From a virus: a stretch of DNA of 64,000 bases. The stretch spans positions 1 through 64,000 of IMG/VR virus record IMGVR_UViG_3300035698_019895; one strand, written 5' to 3'. The notes under the pieces were generated by a model. It was not told where the DNA came from. It did not search any database and saw only the letters and a list, made by a program, of their open reading frames with translations. Shown here in pieces: positions 37,837-48,780 of this stretch; the first letter of the stretch is position 1; every line of letters starts with the position of its first letter. The position numbers were made by a program, and so were the translations under genes.

Positions 37837-39968
37837 AGCTATTAAATATTGCTAATACTAAAAGATTAGTTCGCTTATTTTGTAGAGACGAAAACGGAAA
37901 ACAAATAATTATAAATGATAACTCGTTCTATCCGTTCTATTATGAACCATCTCCACAAGGTAAATTCATAGGATATGATGGAGTAAAATTGAGAAAAGTA
38001 TTTTGTTCTGAACCAAAAGAAATTCCTCTTCAACGAAGCAACAAAAGCTATAGTAGTGATATTATTTTTGTTAAGAATTACATGATTAGCAAAATAGATA
38101 AATTGGATAAAACTGTTGTGAAATATCTATTTATAGATATAGAAGTTCTTAATGAGGATGGTATATTTCCTGAACCAAAAGATGCATTATATCCTGTAAG
38201 TTGTATAACTATATACAATTCCTTGCATAAAAACATACAAACTTGGTGGCTTAAAGATTTTAGAAATGAAGAAGAGATGTTAGATAGTTTTATTGAATAT
38301 GTAGCATTAGAAAAACCAGACATTTTATTAGCTTGGAACATTAATTTTGATTACGATTATTTATATAATAGAGTGCCTAATTTTGCTAAAAGAATCAGTC
38401 CTATAGGAAGAGGAAGATTTCAAAGTAGAAAAGAATTATTCTATCCAACAGGTATAAGTATTGTAGATTATCTCGGTCTATTTAGAAAAGTATTTAAAGC
38501 AGAACAATCATATAAACTAGATGATATAGCTCAAAAACATCTAAAAGAGAAAGAATGGGGAGAAACTGATTTTGGGTTAAATGAGCATGTTAGAGAGAAG
38601 AATATCAATGATGTCAAGAGACTAGTCAAATTAGAAGAAAAGTATCGTCTAATGCCCTATTATGATGAAATACGCCGGTTATCTAAGTGCCAGTGGGAAG
38701 ACTTATACTATAATTCGAGAATTGTAGAATGTTTACTGTTAGAAGAAGCAAAACTTAAAAATATAGTGCTTCCTTCAAGACATGAAAGAACAACAGAAAA
38801 AGTGGCATTTAAAGGAGCAACAAGAGAAGCAGCAGAGAATGGCGTTGTTTATGAAGTCGGGAAATTCGACTTAGGTTCAGCTTATCCTTCAATGATATAC
38901 AACTTCTGTTTAGATACAATGAATAAAAACGATAACAAAGAAGGTATAGAAGTTGATGGTATGTATTATAAACAAAATGAAGATGCTTTATTACCTTCTA
39001 TAATTAAAAAAATATTAATAATAAAAGATGATTTAAAAAGAGCAAAAAAGATAGACCCTTCTCTAGATAGTCAGTATGAAGCAATAAAAGCCATTGTAAA
39101 TTCTTGTTATGGAGTAATGGGAAATGAATATTTTAGATTATATGACCCAGATATAGCCGCCTCAACTACATATTTAGTTAGAGATTTATTAATGTATTGC
39201 AAAAATAAATTAGAAGAAAAAGGTCATAAGATTATATACTGGGATACAGATAGTTTATTTTTGAAAGGTAAAGATGATATCAGCAAACATCTTAATCAAC
39301 TTATTCAAGATTGGGGTAAGAAATATGGAAAAGAAAAAATTGATTTATTTTTTGGATATGAAGGATTTTTTAAGAGTTTATTTATCTTAGGAAAATGCCA
39401 CTATTATGGTTATATAGATGGTAAGAAAGACCCTGAAATAAAAGGCGTTGAAATAAAAAGAAGCAGTTCTTCTAAATACGAAGCATATTTTCAGAGAGAA
39501 TTATTAGAAAAAGTAATTAATAGAGAAACAAAAGAAAATATATTAGATTGGGTAGATACAGAGAGAGAAAGAATCAAAACACTACCTGTAGAAGAAATAG
39601 CTTTTCCATGTAAAATATCTGGAAAGAAATATAAAACAGTTGTAACTAGAAAAGATGGAAAAACATTCAATAAGAAACCTCCAATATTTGTTAGAGCATA
39701 TGAGAATACACAAAAGATACTTTCTAATTTTAAATTAGAAATAGGAGAATTATTTTATTATATATATGTTAACGCATTAACTACTAACTGTGATGTGTTA
39801 GCATTAACCAAAACTAATAAAGATTTTATTGATTGGAAGGAAAATATTAATTGGAAAGAAATAATAAGAAGAAATATAATATCTAAAGCAAAACCAGTAT
39901 TCGAAGCAATGAACTGGGATGCTGACATTTCAGAAACTGATAACAAACAATTAACATTTAAATTTTAG
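37833..39968 (+). CDS. polB: family B DNA polymerase
   Basis: Exo DIE, WN..FD, YKLD.IA; motif A DLGSAYPS, motif B K...NS.YG, motif C YWDTDS. Confidence 0.95.
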   Translation: MKLLNIANTKRLVRLFCRDENGKQIIINDNSFYPFYYEPSPQGKFIGYDGVKLRKVFCSEPKEIPLQRSNKSYSSDIIFVKNYMISKIDKLDKTVVKYLFIDIEVLNEDGIFPEPKDALYPVSCITIYNSLHKNIQTWWLKDFRNEEEMLDSFIEYVALEKPDILLAWNINFDYDYLYNRVPNFAKRISPIGRGRFQSRKELFYPTGISIVDYLGLFRKVFKAEQSYKLDDIAQKHLKEKEWGETDFGLNEHVREKNINDVKRLVKLEEKYRLMPYYDEIRRLSKCQWEDLYYNSRIVECLLLEEAKLKNIVLPSRHERTTEKVAFKGATREAAENGVVYEVGKFDLGSAYPSMIYNFCLDTMNKNDNKEGIEVDGMYYKQNEDALLPSIIKKILIIKDDLKRAKKIDPSLDSQYEAIKAIVNSCYGVMGNEYFRLYDPDIAASTTYLVRDLLMYCKNKLEEKGHKIIYWDTDSLFLKGKDDISKHLNQLIQDWGKKYGKEKIDLFFGYEGFFKSLFILGKCHYYGYIDGKKDPEIKGVEIKRSSSSKYEAYFQRELLEKVINRETKENILDWVDTERERIKTLPVEEIAFPCKISGKKYKTVVTRKDGKTFNKKPPIFVRAYENTQKILSNFKLEIGELFYYIYVNALTTNCDVLALTKTNKDFIDWKENINWKEIIRRNIISKAKPVFEAMNWDADISETDNKQLTFKF

Positions 39969-40447
39969 AAAGGAGGAAGATATGAATTATTTAGTTTATT
40001 TGCAAAGTAAAGAAGACAAGTTAATTGATGTTACAGTTTGTAACGAAACCGAGTTTGCTAATCTATTACAACATATAGATTCAAAAAGATATGTTGTAAC
40101 TGAGGCTGTAAAACTAGCGGATAGGTTACCAATTTACAAAGAGTTTTGTAAAAAAGAAGACAGCCTGGAAACAGGGAAAAATAAATAAAAAGGAGGAAAA
40201 TTATGTTAAGTAATAGAGATTTGTACGCAGAAATTGAATCCATTGAAAAAAGAATGGAAGCTATGGAAGAAGGTCAAGCTAAAGATGCATTGAAAATAGG
40301 AACTCTTCAGTTAAAGTTATTGCACAACATCAGAGCTAACACAGTAACAGTCATGAGACATTTTAACATCGAACTATTGAAATCACAACTTGGGAAAAAA
40401 GAAGAAGAGCAGACTGACAAAGAGAAATCTAAGTCAGAAGAGAAATA

Positions 40448-40509
40448 AGTTTAGAGATAAAGTTGCCAAGACCGTAAAGAAAAATGGTCTTGGTAGCTGT
40501 CTCTGAACT
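40448..40509 (+). promoter_or_regulatory. long RNA hairpin upstream of the RNR gene
   Basis: AGTTTAGAGAT..AGTTGCCAAGACCG / TGGTCTTGGTAGCT-GTCTCTGAACT, about 25 bp, with G-U pairs on the + strand. Confidence 0.6.
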
Positions 40510-40540
40510 AAAAAAATAAGAAAAGGAAGGTAAACTATAA

Positions 40541-42805
40541 ATGGCTTTGACTAAAAACGCTAAAAATTTATTAGAACAACGCTATTGTCATTCTGATGAA
40601 ACATATAAAGATGTATATCCTAGAGTAGCAGGTGTTTTATCTTTAGGAGATACAAGATTTGAAAAAAAGTTGCGAAAAGCCATGATGGATGGTATATTTT
40701 TGCCTAATTCTCCTTGTTTACGAAATGCTGGTATTAAAAAAGGTATGCTTCATGCATGTTTTGTTCTTCCTATTGATGATGATATGGAAAGTATTACAGA
40801 TACTATTAAAAATATGATGAATATTTTTAAACATGGAGGAGGAGTTGGTATCAATTTCAGTAAACTAAGACCGAAAGATGCAGAATTATCTGGAGGAGGA
40901 ACTTCCAGTGGAGTAGTGTCTTTTATGGGCTTATTTAATACAGCTACTGAAGTAGTTAAACAAGGGGGGTTCAGACGAGGAGCTTTGATGGGAGTTTTGA
41001 ATTTTGAACACGCAGAAATAATGGAATTCATCAGAAGCAAACTTACTGGTAAACTTACTAATTTTAATATATCTGTTTTAGTTAGTAATAAATTTATGGA
41101 ACAAGTTGAAAAAGGAGAAATTATAGAACTTAAAAATCCTCAAGATGATAAAATTTGGGGAACAATTAATGCTAAAACTATTTTTGATGTTTTATGCTTT
41201 TCAGCATGGAACAGTGGTGACCCAGGATTTTTATTTTATGATAGAATAAATAAAGATAATATGTTATTTCCTAAAATCAAGATAAAGACAACTAATCCTT
41301 GTTTCACAGGAGATACTGAAATAGAAACTCCTCATGGTAAAATAGCTTTTAAAGATTTTAAAATGAAATCTGTTCCAGTATATTGTTACGATGGGAAGAA
41401 AATTAATATTAGCTGGATGAGAAACATTCGAAAAACAGGAATTCAACAAGAGGTTTGGAAATTAACTTTAGATAATAAGAAAGAAATAAAAGCTACTCCA
41501 AATCATAAATTTATGTTGAGAAGTGGAGAATATGTAGAACTTAAAGATTTAAAAATTGGCAGTAGTTTGATGCCTTTTTATAGATATAAAAGAAATTCTA
41601 AAGGATATAATCAAATAGCATTGAATAATGGGAAACATATAGGAGAAGCTCAACTAGTTTGTGAATGGTTTAATGGACGAAAAATGAAAAAAGGAGAATG
41701 TGTTCATCATAAAGATGAAGATAAGCAAAATAATAATCCTTTTAATTTAGAATTTAAAAAATCTGGTAATCATAATTCTGAACATATGAAGGGAGATAAT
41801 AATCCTTCAAGAAGATTTCCTGAAAGAAATCCTATGAAACTGTATCCTGATATGTTTAAAGGTGAAAAGAATCCAATGTTTGGTCATAAACATAGTAAGA
41901 AAACTAAAAAGAAAATAAGCGAATCACAGTTAGTAAGATTACATAATCATAAAGTTAAGAAGATAGAATTTTACGGTTATGAAGATGTTTATTGTGGAAC
42001 GGTGGATGCTTATCATAATTTTGTTTTAGAAGCCGGAGTTGTTGTTTCAAATTGTGGCGAGGTTCCTTTACCAAACTATGGAGCATGTTGTTTAGGTTCT
42101 ATAAATATTAGTAAATTAGTAAAATATAATAAGTTTGATTTTGATGCGTTTGGTAAATATGTAGAATTAGCTATAAGAGCATTAAGAAATAACAATGCTA
42201 TCTCTTGGTATCCTTTACCAGAGATAACTAAGATAATGAAAGAACTAGACCCTATAGGTGTAGGTATAATGGGATTTGCAGATTGTTTAATTAAATTGGA
42301 AATGATGTATGATAGCGAAGAGACTCTTAAATTTATAGATGAACTGGGTAAAATATATAAAGATGTAACAGATAGATTAGCAAAAAAATGTTTTTGGAAA
42401 AGAATAATCGCACCTACTGGTTCATTAAGTATATTAGCAGATTGTAGTAGTGGAATAGAACCTGTTTTCGAAGCTGCATTTGAAAGACATCTTACCGTAG
42501 GAATAATAGAAGAAAAAAGAGAATTGTATAAGTCTAAATATTTAAGAACAGCACATCAAATAAGTCCTGAATGGCATTTAAAGATTCAGGCTCAATGGCA
42601 AAAATGGTTAGACGGAAGTATAAGTAAGACTATCAATTTACCTAATAGTGCTTCTGTAGATGATATAAAGAAAATATATATAGATGCTTGGAAAATGGGA
42701 TGTAAAGGAATAACTATTTTTAGAGACGGTAGTAAAGAAGGAGTATTGAGAACAAAAACAGCTTCTGTTAGAGGAAAGTGTGAAGGAGATAGTTGTCAAC
42801 TTTAA
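40541..42805 (+). CDS. nrdJ: class II (adenosylcobalamin-dependent) ribonucleotide reductase with intein
   Basis: FLPNSP, ACFVL, GGGVG..FS.LRP, QGG.RRGA, NFNISV, TNP|CGE, APTG, SSGIEP, SKTIN, KG.TIFRDGS; no small-subunit gene in the window. Confidence 0.9.
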   Translation: MALTKNAKNLLEQRYCHSDETYKDVYPRVAGVLSLGDTRFEKKLRKAMMDGIFLPNSPCLRNAGIKKGMLHACFVLPIDDDMESITDTIKNMMNIFKHGGGVGINFSKLRPKDAELSGGGTSSGVVSFMGLFNTATEVVKQGGFRRGALMGVLNFEHAEIMEFIRSKLTGKLTNFNISVLVSNKFMEQVEKGEIIELKNPQDDKIWGTINAKTIFDVLCFSAWNSGDPGFLFYDRINKDNMLFPKIKIKTTNPCFTGDTEIETPHGKIAFKDFKMKSVPVYCYDGKKINISWMRNIRKTGIQQEVWKLTLDNKKEIKATPNHKFMLRSGEYVELKDLKIGSSLMPFYRYKRNSKGYNQIALNNGKHIGEAQLVCEWFNGRKMKKGECVHHKDEDKQNNNPFNLEFKKSGNHNSEHMKGDNNPSRRFPERNPMKLYPDMFKGEKNPMFGHKHSKKTKKKISESQLVRLHNHKVKKIEFYGYEDVYCGTVDAYHNFVLEAGVVVSNCGEVPLPNYGACCLGSINISKLVKYNKFDFDAFGKYVELAIRALRNNNAISWYPLPEITKIMKELDPIGVGIMGFADCLIKLEMMYDSEETLKFIDELGKIYKDVTDRLAKKCFWKRIIAPTGSLSILADCSSGIEPVFEAAFERHLTVGIIEEKRELYKSKYLRTAHQISPEWHLKIQAQWQKWLDGSISKTINLPNSASVDDIKKIYIDAWKMGCKGITIFRDGSKEGVLRTKTASVRGKCEGDSCQL
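41300..42052 (+). mobile_element. intein (251 aa) carrying an HNH homing endonuclease and NUMOD3-like motif
   Basis: Begins CFTGDT; block B ATPNHKF; HNH VHHKDEDKQNN...NL; NPMFGHKHS; ends HNFVLEAGVVVSN before +1 Cys; inserted at TNP|CGE. Confidence 0.92.
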
Positions 42806-43188
42806 CAAATAGGAGGGAGTCATGGGATATAGTTATTATGGAGAAGGTTATGGTAAAGAAATAGAAGTGAAAAAAGGAAGTCCTACAACTGCGAAATATG
42901 CAATATTTTATGCTATTGATGATGACCCAGTAATATTCTGTAAGAATAAAACTGAGATGAAAAAAGAATTAGCAAAAGTGAATAAAAAGAAAAATGTAGA
43001 TAAAAAAAGTATCAGGATATTTGAATTAGTTGAAGATGCAAAATAATTGTAAAGGAATGAAAATGAAATGACAAGACCAAAAGCCAGAAGAAGAAAGAAA
43101 AAAAGAGGTAATAAAAAAGCTAAAAGTTTAGAATTACATAGAAAAAAACATGGAAAAAACAGAAAAAAAGAAAGGTAGGGTTTAATGT

Positions 43189-43893
43189 ATGATAGATTTA
43201 AAATCGTTGAAAAAATCTGAGATATTAAAAAGAGCGGCTTGGAAATGTCCAGTACCTGGTCATTCTAAACATAATGGTTTAGAACATCCGAGATGTTATG
43301 ATAAATTAAATAAATTAACAGGAGAAAGAGTGGGAGTTTTGGATATTGAAACAGAAGATTTATCAGCAGAATATGGAATTATTTTTTGCTGGTGTCTTCT
43401 AGATATGGAAACAGATAAAATACATGAAGATATAATTACTGCAGAAGATGTTAAAAAATATAAATCTAATAAACGTAACAAACAGCCAAGAGAAGATACT
43501 AGAGTAATAGAAAGTTTAGTAAAACTTCTAAACAGTTATGATAGAGTAATTCTGCATTATGGTTCATATTTTGATTTAAAATTTATAAGAACTAGAGCAG
43601 TTATTTGTGATGTTGATTTTCCTACATATGGCCTACTTAATCAGTCAGATACTATAAAAATGTTATGGTCTAAATTTAAATTAAAGAGAAATAATCTAGC
43701 AAATGCTACAAGAGTACTAGTAGGCAAAACTAGAAAAGACCATTTATCTCTAGCTATTAAACATGGTTGTTTAAGAGTGGAAAAATGGGCATTAGATGAT
43801 ACTATTAAACATTGTAGAAAAGATGTATTAGATACTAGAGATTTATATAACATTATACATCCTTTTGTTAGAAAAACCAATACTAGTATTTAG
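43189..43893 (+). CDS. DEDD/RNase H-like exonuclease (YprB/RNase_H_2 type)
   Basis: LDIET, HYG..FD..FI, HC..DV. Confidence 0.8.
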   Translation: MIDLKSLKKSEILKRAAWKCPVPGHSKHNGLEHPRCYDKLNKLTGERVGVLDIETEDLSAEYGIIFCWCLLDMETDKIHEDIITAEDVKKYKSNKRNKQPREDTRVIESLVKLLNSYDRVILHYGSYFDLKFIRTRAVICDVDFPTYGLLNQSDTIKMLWSKFKLKRNNLANATRVLVGKTRKDHLSLAIKHGCLRVEKWALDDTIKHCRKDVLDTRDLYNIIHPFVRKTNTSI

Positions 43894-43907
43894 GGAGTTA
43901 AATAAAT

Positions 43908-44213
43908 ATGAAAAATATACAGAGGCTTTGTCATAAAATAGCAAAAGAAAAAGGATTTTGGGACAAAGATAGAAATGATGGTGAACTAATTGCTCTTATG
44001 CACTCAGAATTATCAGAAGCATTAGAGTGGTTAAGAAATGCACAAAAACTTAAAAAAGAAGATATGTGGAATAAAGTTGAAGAAGAAATGGCTGATTGTA
44101 TAATTAGAATTTTTGACTTTTGTGAAGCTAGAGGATTAGATTTAGAAACTGCTATCTGGCAAAAGATGGATGTAAATAAGAAAAGACCAAGGAAACATGG
44201 TAAGGTATTTTAA
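43908..44213 (+). CDS. MazG-like NTP pyrophosphohydrolase
   Basis: LMHSELSEALE, EEMADCIIRIFD, KM..N..RP..HGK. Confidence 0.85.
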   Translation: MKNIQRLCHKIAKEKGFWDKDRNDGELIALMHSELSEALEWLRNAQKLKKEDMWNKVEEEMADCIIRIFDFCEARGLDLETAIWQKMDVNKKRPRKHGKVF

Positions 44214-44732
44214 CCAAAACAAAGGAGGGAAGTATGAAGCTGTTACTAAATGTTCGAGATTCTGCCCAGTCGGTAGAAAGCAAACAGTTGAAAATGTCGA
44301 ATAAGTCTTTAAAGAAAGACTTAAAAATTCTAGCTAAAAATGTTGCAAAGATAGAAAAAATTAAAGAAAAGCAACTAAAAGATGCAGAGAGTCTTCATTG
44401 TCTAAAAACAGATAACACAGAGTTAAAAGGCAGTGTAAAAGATTTGCAAGAAAGAGCCAATCAGTTAATAAAAGAATTAGCAGTCTAAATTGATTAGAAA
44501 GAATCTATATAAATAGAGGAATTTTAATTATGAACGAAATGACTTTATCAAATAATGTTATTGATAATTATTATGGTATTTATATTAAAGCTGATACTAA
44601 AGAGATGAAAAAACTTTATGATATAAGTGATTCAAAAAAGAAAACAGAAGTATATATAGAAATAGATGGAAAAGTTAAAGAGATGACATTAAAAGAATTT
44701 ACAAATAAAATATTTAAAGAATAAAACATAAT

Positions 44733-45557
44733 ATGCAAGTAGGAATTGTAGGACGAGGGACTGTTGGAAATGCTTTAGCATATGGTCTATCTAGAGGACA
44801 TGAAGTTCTTAGTTATGATAAATATAAAACTGAATTTCAAAATATAACTGAAATAGCAAAATGTCCAATAATATTTTTCTGTGTACCTACTCCAATGACA
44901 GAAAATGGACGAATTGGGTTAGAAATTCTTGAAGATGCGGTATATGAAATTTTTAAAAGAATTGAAAAATTTTCAGGACAAATTTTTGTTATTAAATCTA
45001 CAACAGTTCCTGGTACAACCACATATTTTGAAAAAAAATATTTAGGAGTTCATTGGGCATTCTGTCCAGAATTTTTAAATGAACGTTCAGCTCAAGAAGA
45101 TTTTGTAAATACAAACAGAATTATCATTGGAACCTGTTTAGAATCAACTAAAACAATATTAACAAATCTTTTTAGAAATGCTAAATTTACATGTCCTATT
45201 TATCATACAGATAATATAGTAGCTGAATTTGTAAAATATTATTGTAATATATTGGGGGCAACAAAAGTTACACTTGCAAATGAAATGTATCAAATAGCAA
45301 AATTATTAGATATAAATTATAATAAAATAAAAAAATTAGTGATAACTAATAAATATTTTACAGACCAACATTTAGATGTTCCCGGTCAGGATGGGAAATA
45401 TGGATTTGGTGGAAAATGTTTTTCTAAAGATTTAAATGCTTTTATCTGTTTCGCTAAAGACAAAGGATATAATCCATATTTCTTAGAAGAAGTATGGAAA
45501 AACAATATTGAATTTAGAGCCAAAGGAAATAAAAATGAAATACACAAACAAATTTAA
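44733..45557 (+). CDS. UDP-glucose/GDP-mannose dehydrogenase family (lacks C-terminal domain)
   Basis: GIVGRGTVG, CVPTP, KSTTVPGT, PEFL, KY..N, GFGGKCF.KD. Confidence 0.88.
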   Translation: MQVGIVGRGTVGNALAYGLSRGHEVLSYDKYKTEFQNITEIAKCPIIFFCVPTPMTENGRIGLEILEDAVYEIFKRIEKFSGQIFVIKSTTVPGTTTYFEKKYLGVHWAFCPEFLNERSAQEDFVNTNRIIIGTCLESTKTILTNLFRNAKFTCPIYHTDNIVAEFVKYYCNILGATKVTLANEMYQIAKLLDINYNKIKKLVITNKYFTDQHLDVPGQDGKYGFGGKCFSKDLNAFICFAKDKGYNPYFLEEVWKNNIEFRAKGNKNEIHKQI

Positions 45558-46422
45558 TTTACCACTGAGTTTAGTTGATGTGATAAACAATAAGACTTAT
45601 GATTTATCTGAAGCCGACCCAAATAGGATAGGAGTTACTACATTAATCAATCCTCCTATAACTAGATTGCTTACTGTCCGTCATTGGAAAGAATTAGAAG
45701 AAGATGTTTCGGACCATCTCTGGAGAATAACGGGTAATGCCTATCACTATATTTTGGCCAAGACTAGTAGCAAAGATAGATTAATTGAAGAAAAATTGTT
45801 AGAAGTTGTAGATGGTATTACGATAGTAGGTAAATTAGATTTATATGAACAAAAACATAAGTCAATTGAAGATTACAAAGTTACTTCTGTTTGGGCTGTG
45901 AAGCTAGGAAGTAAAGAAGAATGGGAAAAACAATTAAATTGTTATGCTTGGCTATTACGAAAATCCAAACTTGAGGTTAAAGAAGCTTATATTAATGCTA
46001 TATTAAGAGATTGGAGAAAAAAAGAAAGTAAAAAATATAATGATTATCCACCAATACCTTTTTCTAGAATAAAAGTTAAGTTGTGGTCTTTTGATGAACA
46101 ACAAAAATTTGTAGAAGATAGAGTTGCATTGTACAAGTCTGTAATGAATCTTCCAGATGATGAATTACCTATATGCAGTCCAGATGAAAGATGGGCAAAA
46201 AAAGATGTATGGGCAGTATATAAACACACTAACAAAACTGCTATGAGACTATTTGATACTGAAGATGCAGCTATAGATTTTACTTATAATGTTTCTTGCA
46301 AAACTAGAATAGAAGAACGAAAAGGTGTTGATATGAAATGTCAGGATTATTGTCTCATAAACAAATTTTGTAAGTATTGGAAAGAAAATTATGAACGAAA
46401 GACAAGCAAAAAAACTTCGTAA
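45508..46422 (+). CDS. PD-(D/E)XK Cas4-like exonuclease (probable start MKYTNKF)
   Basis: G.A.H, G..D.......DYK, QLN.Y, C-terminal C..YC....FC. Confidence 0.8.
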   Translation: MNLEPKEIKMKYTNKFNLPLSLVDVINNKTYDLSEADPNRIGVTTLINPPITRLLTVRHWKELEEDVSDHLWRITGNAYHYILAKTSSKDRLIEEKLLEVVDGITIVGKLDLYEQKHKSIEDYKVTSVWAVKLGSKEEWEKQLNCYAWLLRKSKLEVKEAYINAILRDWRKKESKKYNDYPPIPFSRIKVKLWSFDEQQKFVEDRVALYKSVMNLPDDELPICSPDERWAKKDVWAVYKHTNKTAMRLFDTEDAAIDFTYNVSCKTRIEERKGVDMKCQDYCLINKFCKYWKENYERKTSKKTS

Positions 46423-46692
46423 AGAAGTATATGGTGATAAAGCTATAGTTGTAAAAACATTTAAAATAGGAGGGCAGATAATCTCTGACCCAGATAGAAG
46501 AAAGTATCAGCTTTTAAAAAAAGATTATTATAGAACTGAAGATAAAAAACCATTAGAGAAAAATGTCAAGTCAATTTGATACTTATAAACGCTGTACAAA
46601 ATGTGACAAACCATTTAAAAATTATGTAGACACAGATAGATGTCCGAAGTGTAAAAGCAAAAAATATGTTATTAATTTACTAAAGGAAAAGA

Positions 46693-47322
46693 ATGAAAAT
46701 AATAAAACCAAGCGTTGAAATACTAACAATGACTCCTGATATATTAAGAACAATAGAAAAAGCAGGTAGAACTTGTTACAAATCAGAGAGCAAAATAACA
46801 AAAGACAGTTCTAAAAAGTTCATTAGTGGTATTATTAAACGAGGACACGAGTCTGTAATAGAACATGGAGTTGTTACTGTCAAGATTATATGTGATAGAG
46901 GAATTTTAGGCGAAATAACACGCCATAGATTGGCAAGTTATTCTGTTGAATCTACTCGATATGTTAATTACAAAGAGGGACTTACAGTTGTAGAACCAAT
47001 CTTCTGGAGAAGAGAAGATGCTCATAAAAATGGAAAATTAAAATATATAACATGGAAAAATGCAATGATTCAAGCAGAAGAGAATTACAAAACTCTTATC
47101 CAAGATGGAGCAAAGCCAGAAGAAGCAAGAACTGTATTACCTGCTTCTCTAAAGACAGAGATAATAATGACATGTAATTTAAGAGAATGGAGACATTTCT
47201 TTAAAGTTCGTTCTGAAAAAGGTGCACATCCGCAAGCAAGAGAAGTTGCTTTTATGATTTTAGAAGAATTTAAAAAGAAAATCCCAGTCATATTTGATGA
47301 TTTAAAAAATGAAAAAGAATAA
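46693..47322 (+). CDS. thyX: FAD-dependent thymidylate synthase
   Basis: GRTCYKS, GHESVIEH, RHRLASYSVESTRY, EEAR.VLP, NLREW.HF..R. Confidence 0.95.
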   Translation: MKIIKPSVEILTMTPDILRTIEKAGRTCYKSESKITKDSSKKFISGIIKRGHESVIEHGVVTVKIICDRGILGEITRHRLASYSVESTRYVNYKEGLTVVEPIFWRREDAHKNGKLKYITWKNAMIQAEENYKTLIQDGAKPEEARTVLPASLKTEIIMTCNLREWRHFFKVRSEKGAHPQAREVAFMILEEFKKKIPVIFDDLKNEKE

Positions 47323-48441
47323 AAAATTAATTCCTAAAAATAAATGTTATTGTTATAACTATTTAAAACCTATGAAAAATGGAAGATATAAAGTAATGGG
47401 TTTATGTCCATATTGGTCTATTAGAAAAGGAAAACCAAAACAAAATAATGGCTATTGTGCTTATTTAGAGAAGGGAGATTGGGAAATAAATGCTGAAAAG
47501 AGATGGCGACAAATCCATAACAAAAGAGGCAAAGATACTTATGGAAAATATAGAAGTGCTTATGAAATGGGATTTCCTATGTCATTGATATGGGACCAAG
47601 TTAAAGAATGTAAAATAAATGAGGAGGAATAATAATGTATCATGCAGGGTTTATAAATGCAAAAGATTATAATGGTAGATTGTATCGAGAAAAAATAACA
47701 GGAAATTCACTTGCATATTGCTCCCATTCATATATTATAAAACCAAGATTTGAAGATAGAGATAAAACTATTGCCAATGAATTCTCTTATCCTGTAAAAA
47801 CATTTGATGGTTTCAAAGGAATATGCGAATATTGTGGAGAAGTAATTTTAATACGTTCAGAAGATGTTATAGATGATGAAACTTTTGATAAACGAATAGA
47901 TGAAAGAGTAAAAGAAATAAACGAAAAATCAAGGAGAAAAAAATGAAGATAAGAAGAAGAGTTTATGATAAAGCAAAAGGCACTACGAAAGTTAAAATAG
48001 AAACAGCTTCGCTAGTAAAAAAAAGCGATAAAACAGTATTAGTTAAACTTGGCAATAATGATGTAATTAAAAGAAAAATAAAGGATGTAGTAGAATGGGA
48101 CAAAAAGAAAAAGTGATTTTAAAAGATATACCATTAGTTATAATGTGTTTTATAGTTTTTGGTATTGGGGATTTATTAAGAAAGGTAAAACACTTATGGC
48201 GAAAATAAAGGAGGAAATATGTCAGGATTTATATCAAGAGAAGCAATGATAGAACAAATAATTTATTGTACAGCCGGAGGAGATAACTGGGATAAACATA
48301 GAAAAAACATTATAAATAATTTAAATAATTTTATTACTATGCACCACACTCCAAAAGTAGATATTGTTAGAACAGAAGATGGTGATGTATTATTTAATTG
48401 TGATAAAATAATTAGTGAAACTGTAACAAAAAAGGAATAAA

Positions 48442-48780
48442 ATGGCGAAAATAGCCTTTGATATAGATGACACCCTAGCAAAAATAGTTGCACAAGGACA
48501 AGAATATGTCCAAGTACCTGACTATGATTTAATTCAAGTGATGAGATGGTTCATCAATAATGGAGATGAAGTTTATGTTTGGTCTGCAGGAGGAGTAGAT
48601 TATGCTCAAATGTGGCTTAGAAAACTAGGACTTACTGATTCAGTAACAGTTATACCAAAAGTAGATTTGGGTGAAACACATCCTAATATGGATATTGCTT
48701 TCGATGATTGTGAAACTAAATTAGCTAAAGTAGATATTATAGTAAAAAGAAAATTAGGAATTGGACCAAAAAGAACATGA
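48442..48780 (+). CDS. HAD-like phosphatase
   Basis: FDIDDTL, VWSAGG..YA, FDD. Confidence 0.75.
   Translation: MAKIAFDIDDTLAKIVAQGQEYVQVPDYDLIQVMRWFINNGDEVYVWSAGGVDYAQMWLRKLGLTDSVTVIPKVDLGETHPNMDIAFDDCETKLAKVDIIVKRKLGIGPKRT

Noticed and set aside
45508-46422. Cas4 as evidence of a CRISPR-Cas system
   Set aside because: Solo PD-(D/E)XK nuclease common in phage replication regions; no cas1/cas2 or array.
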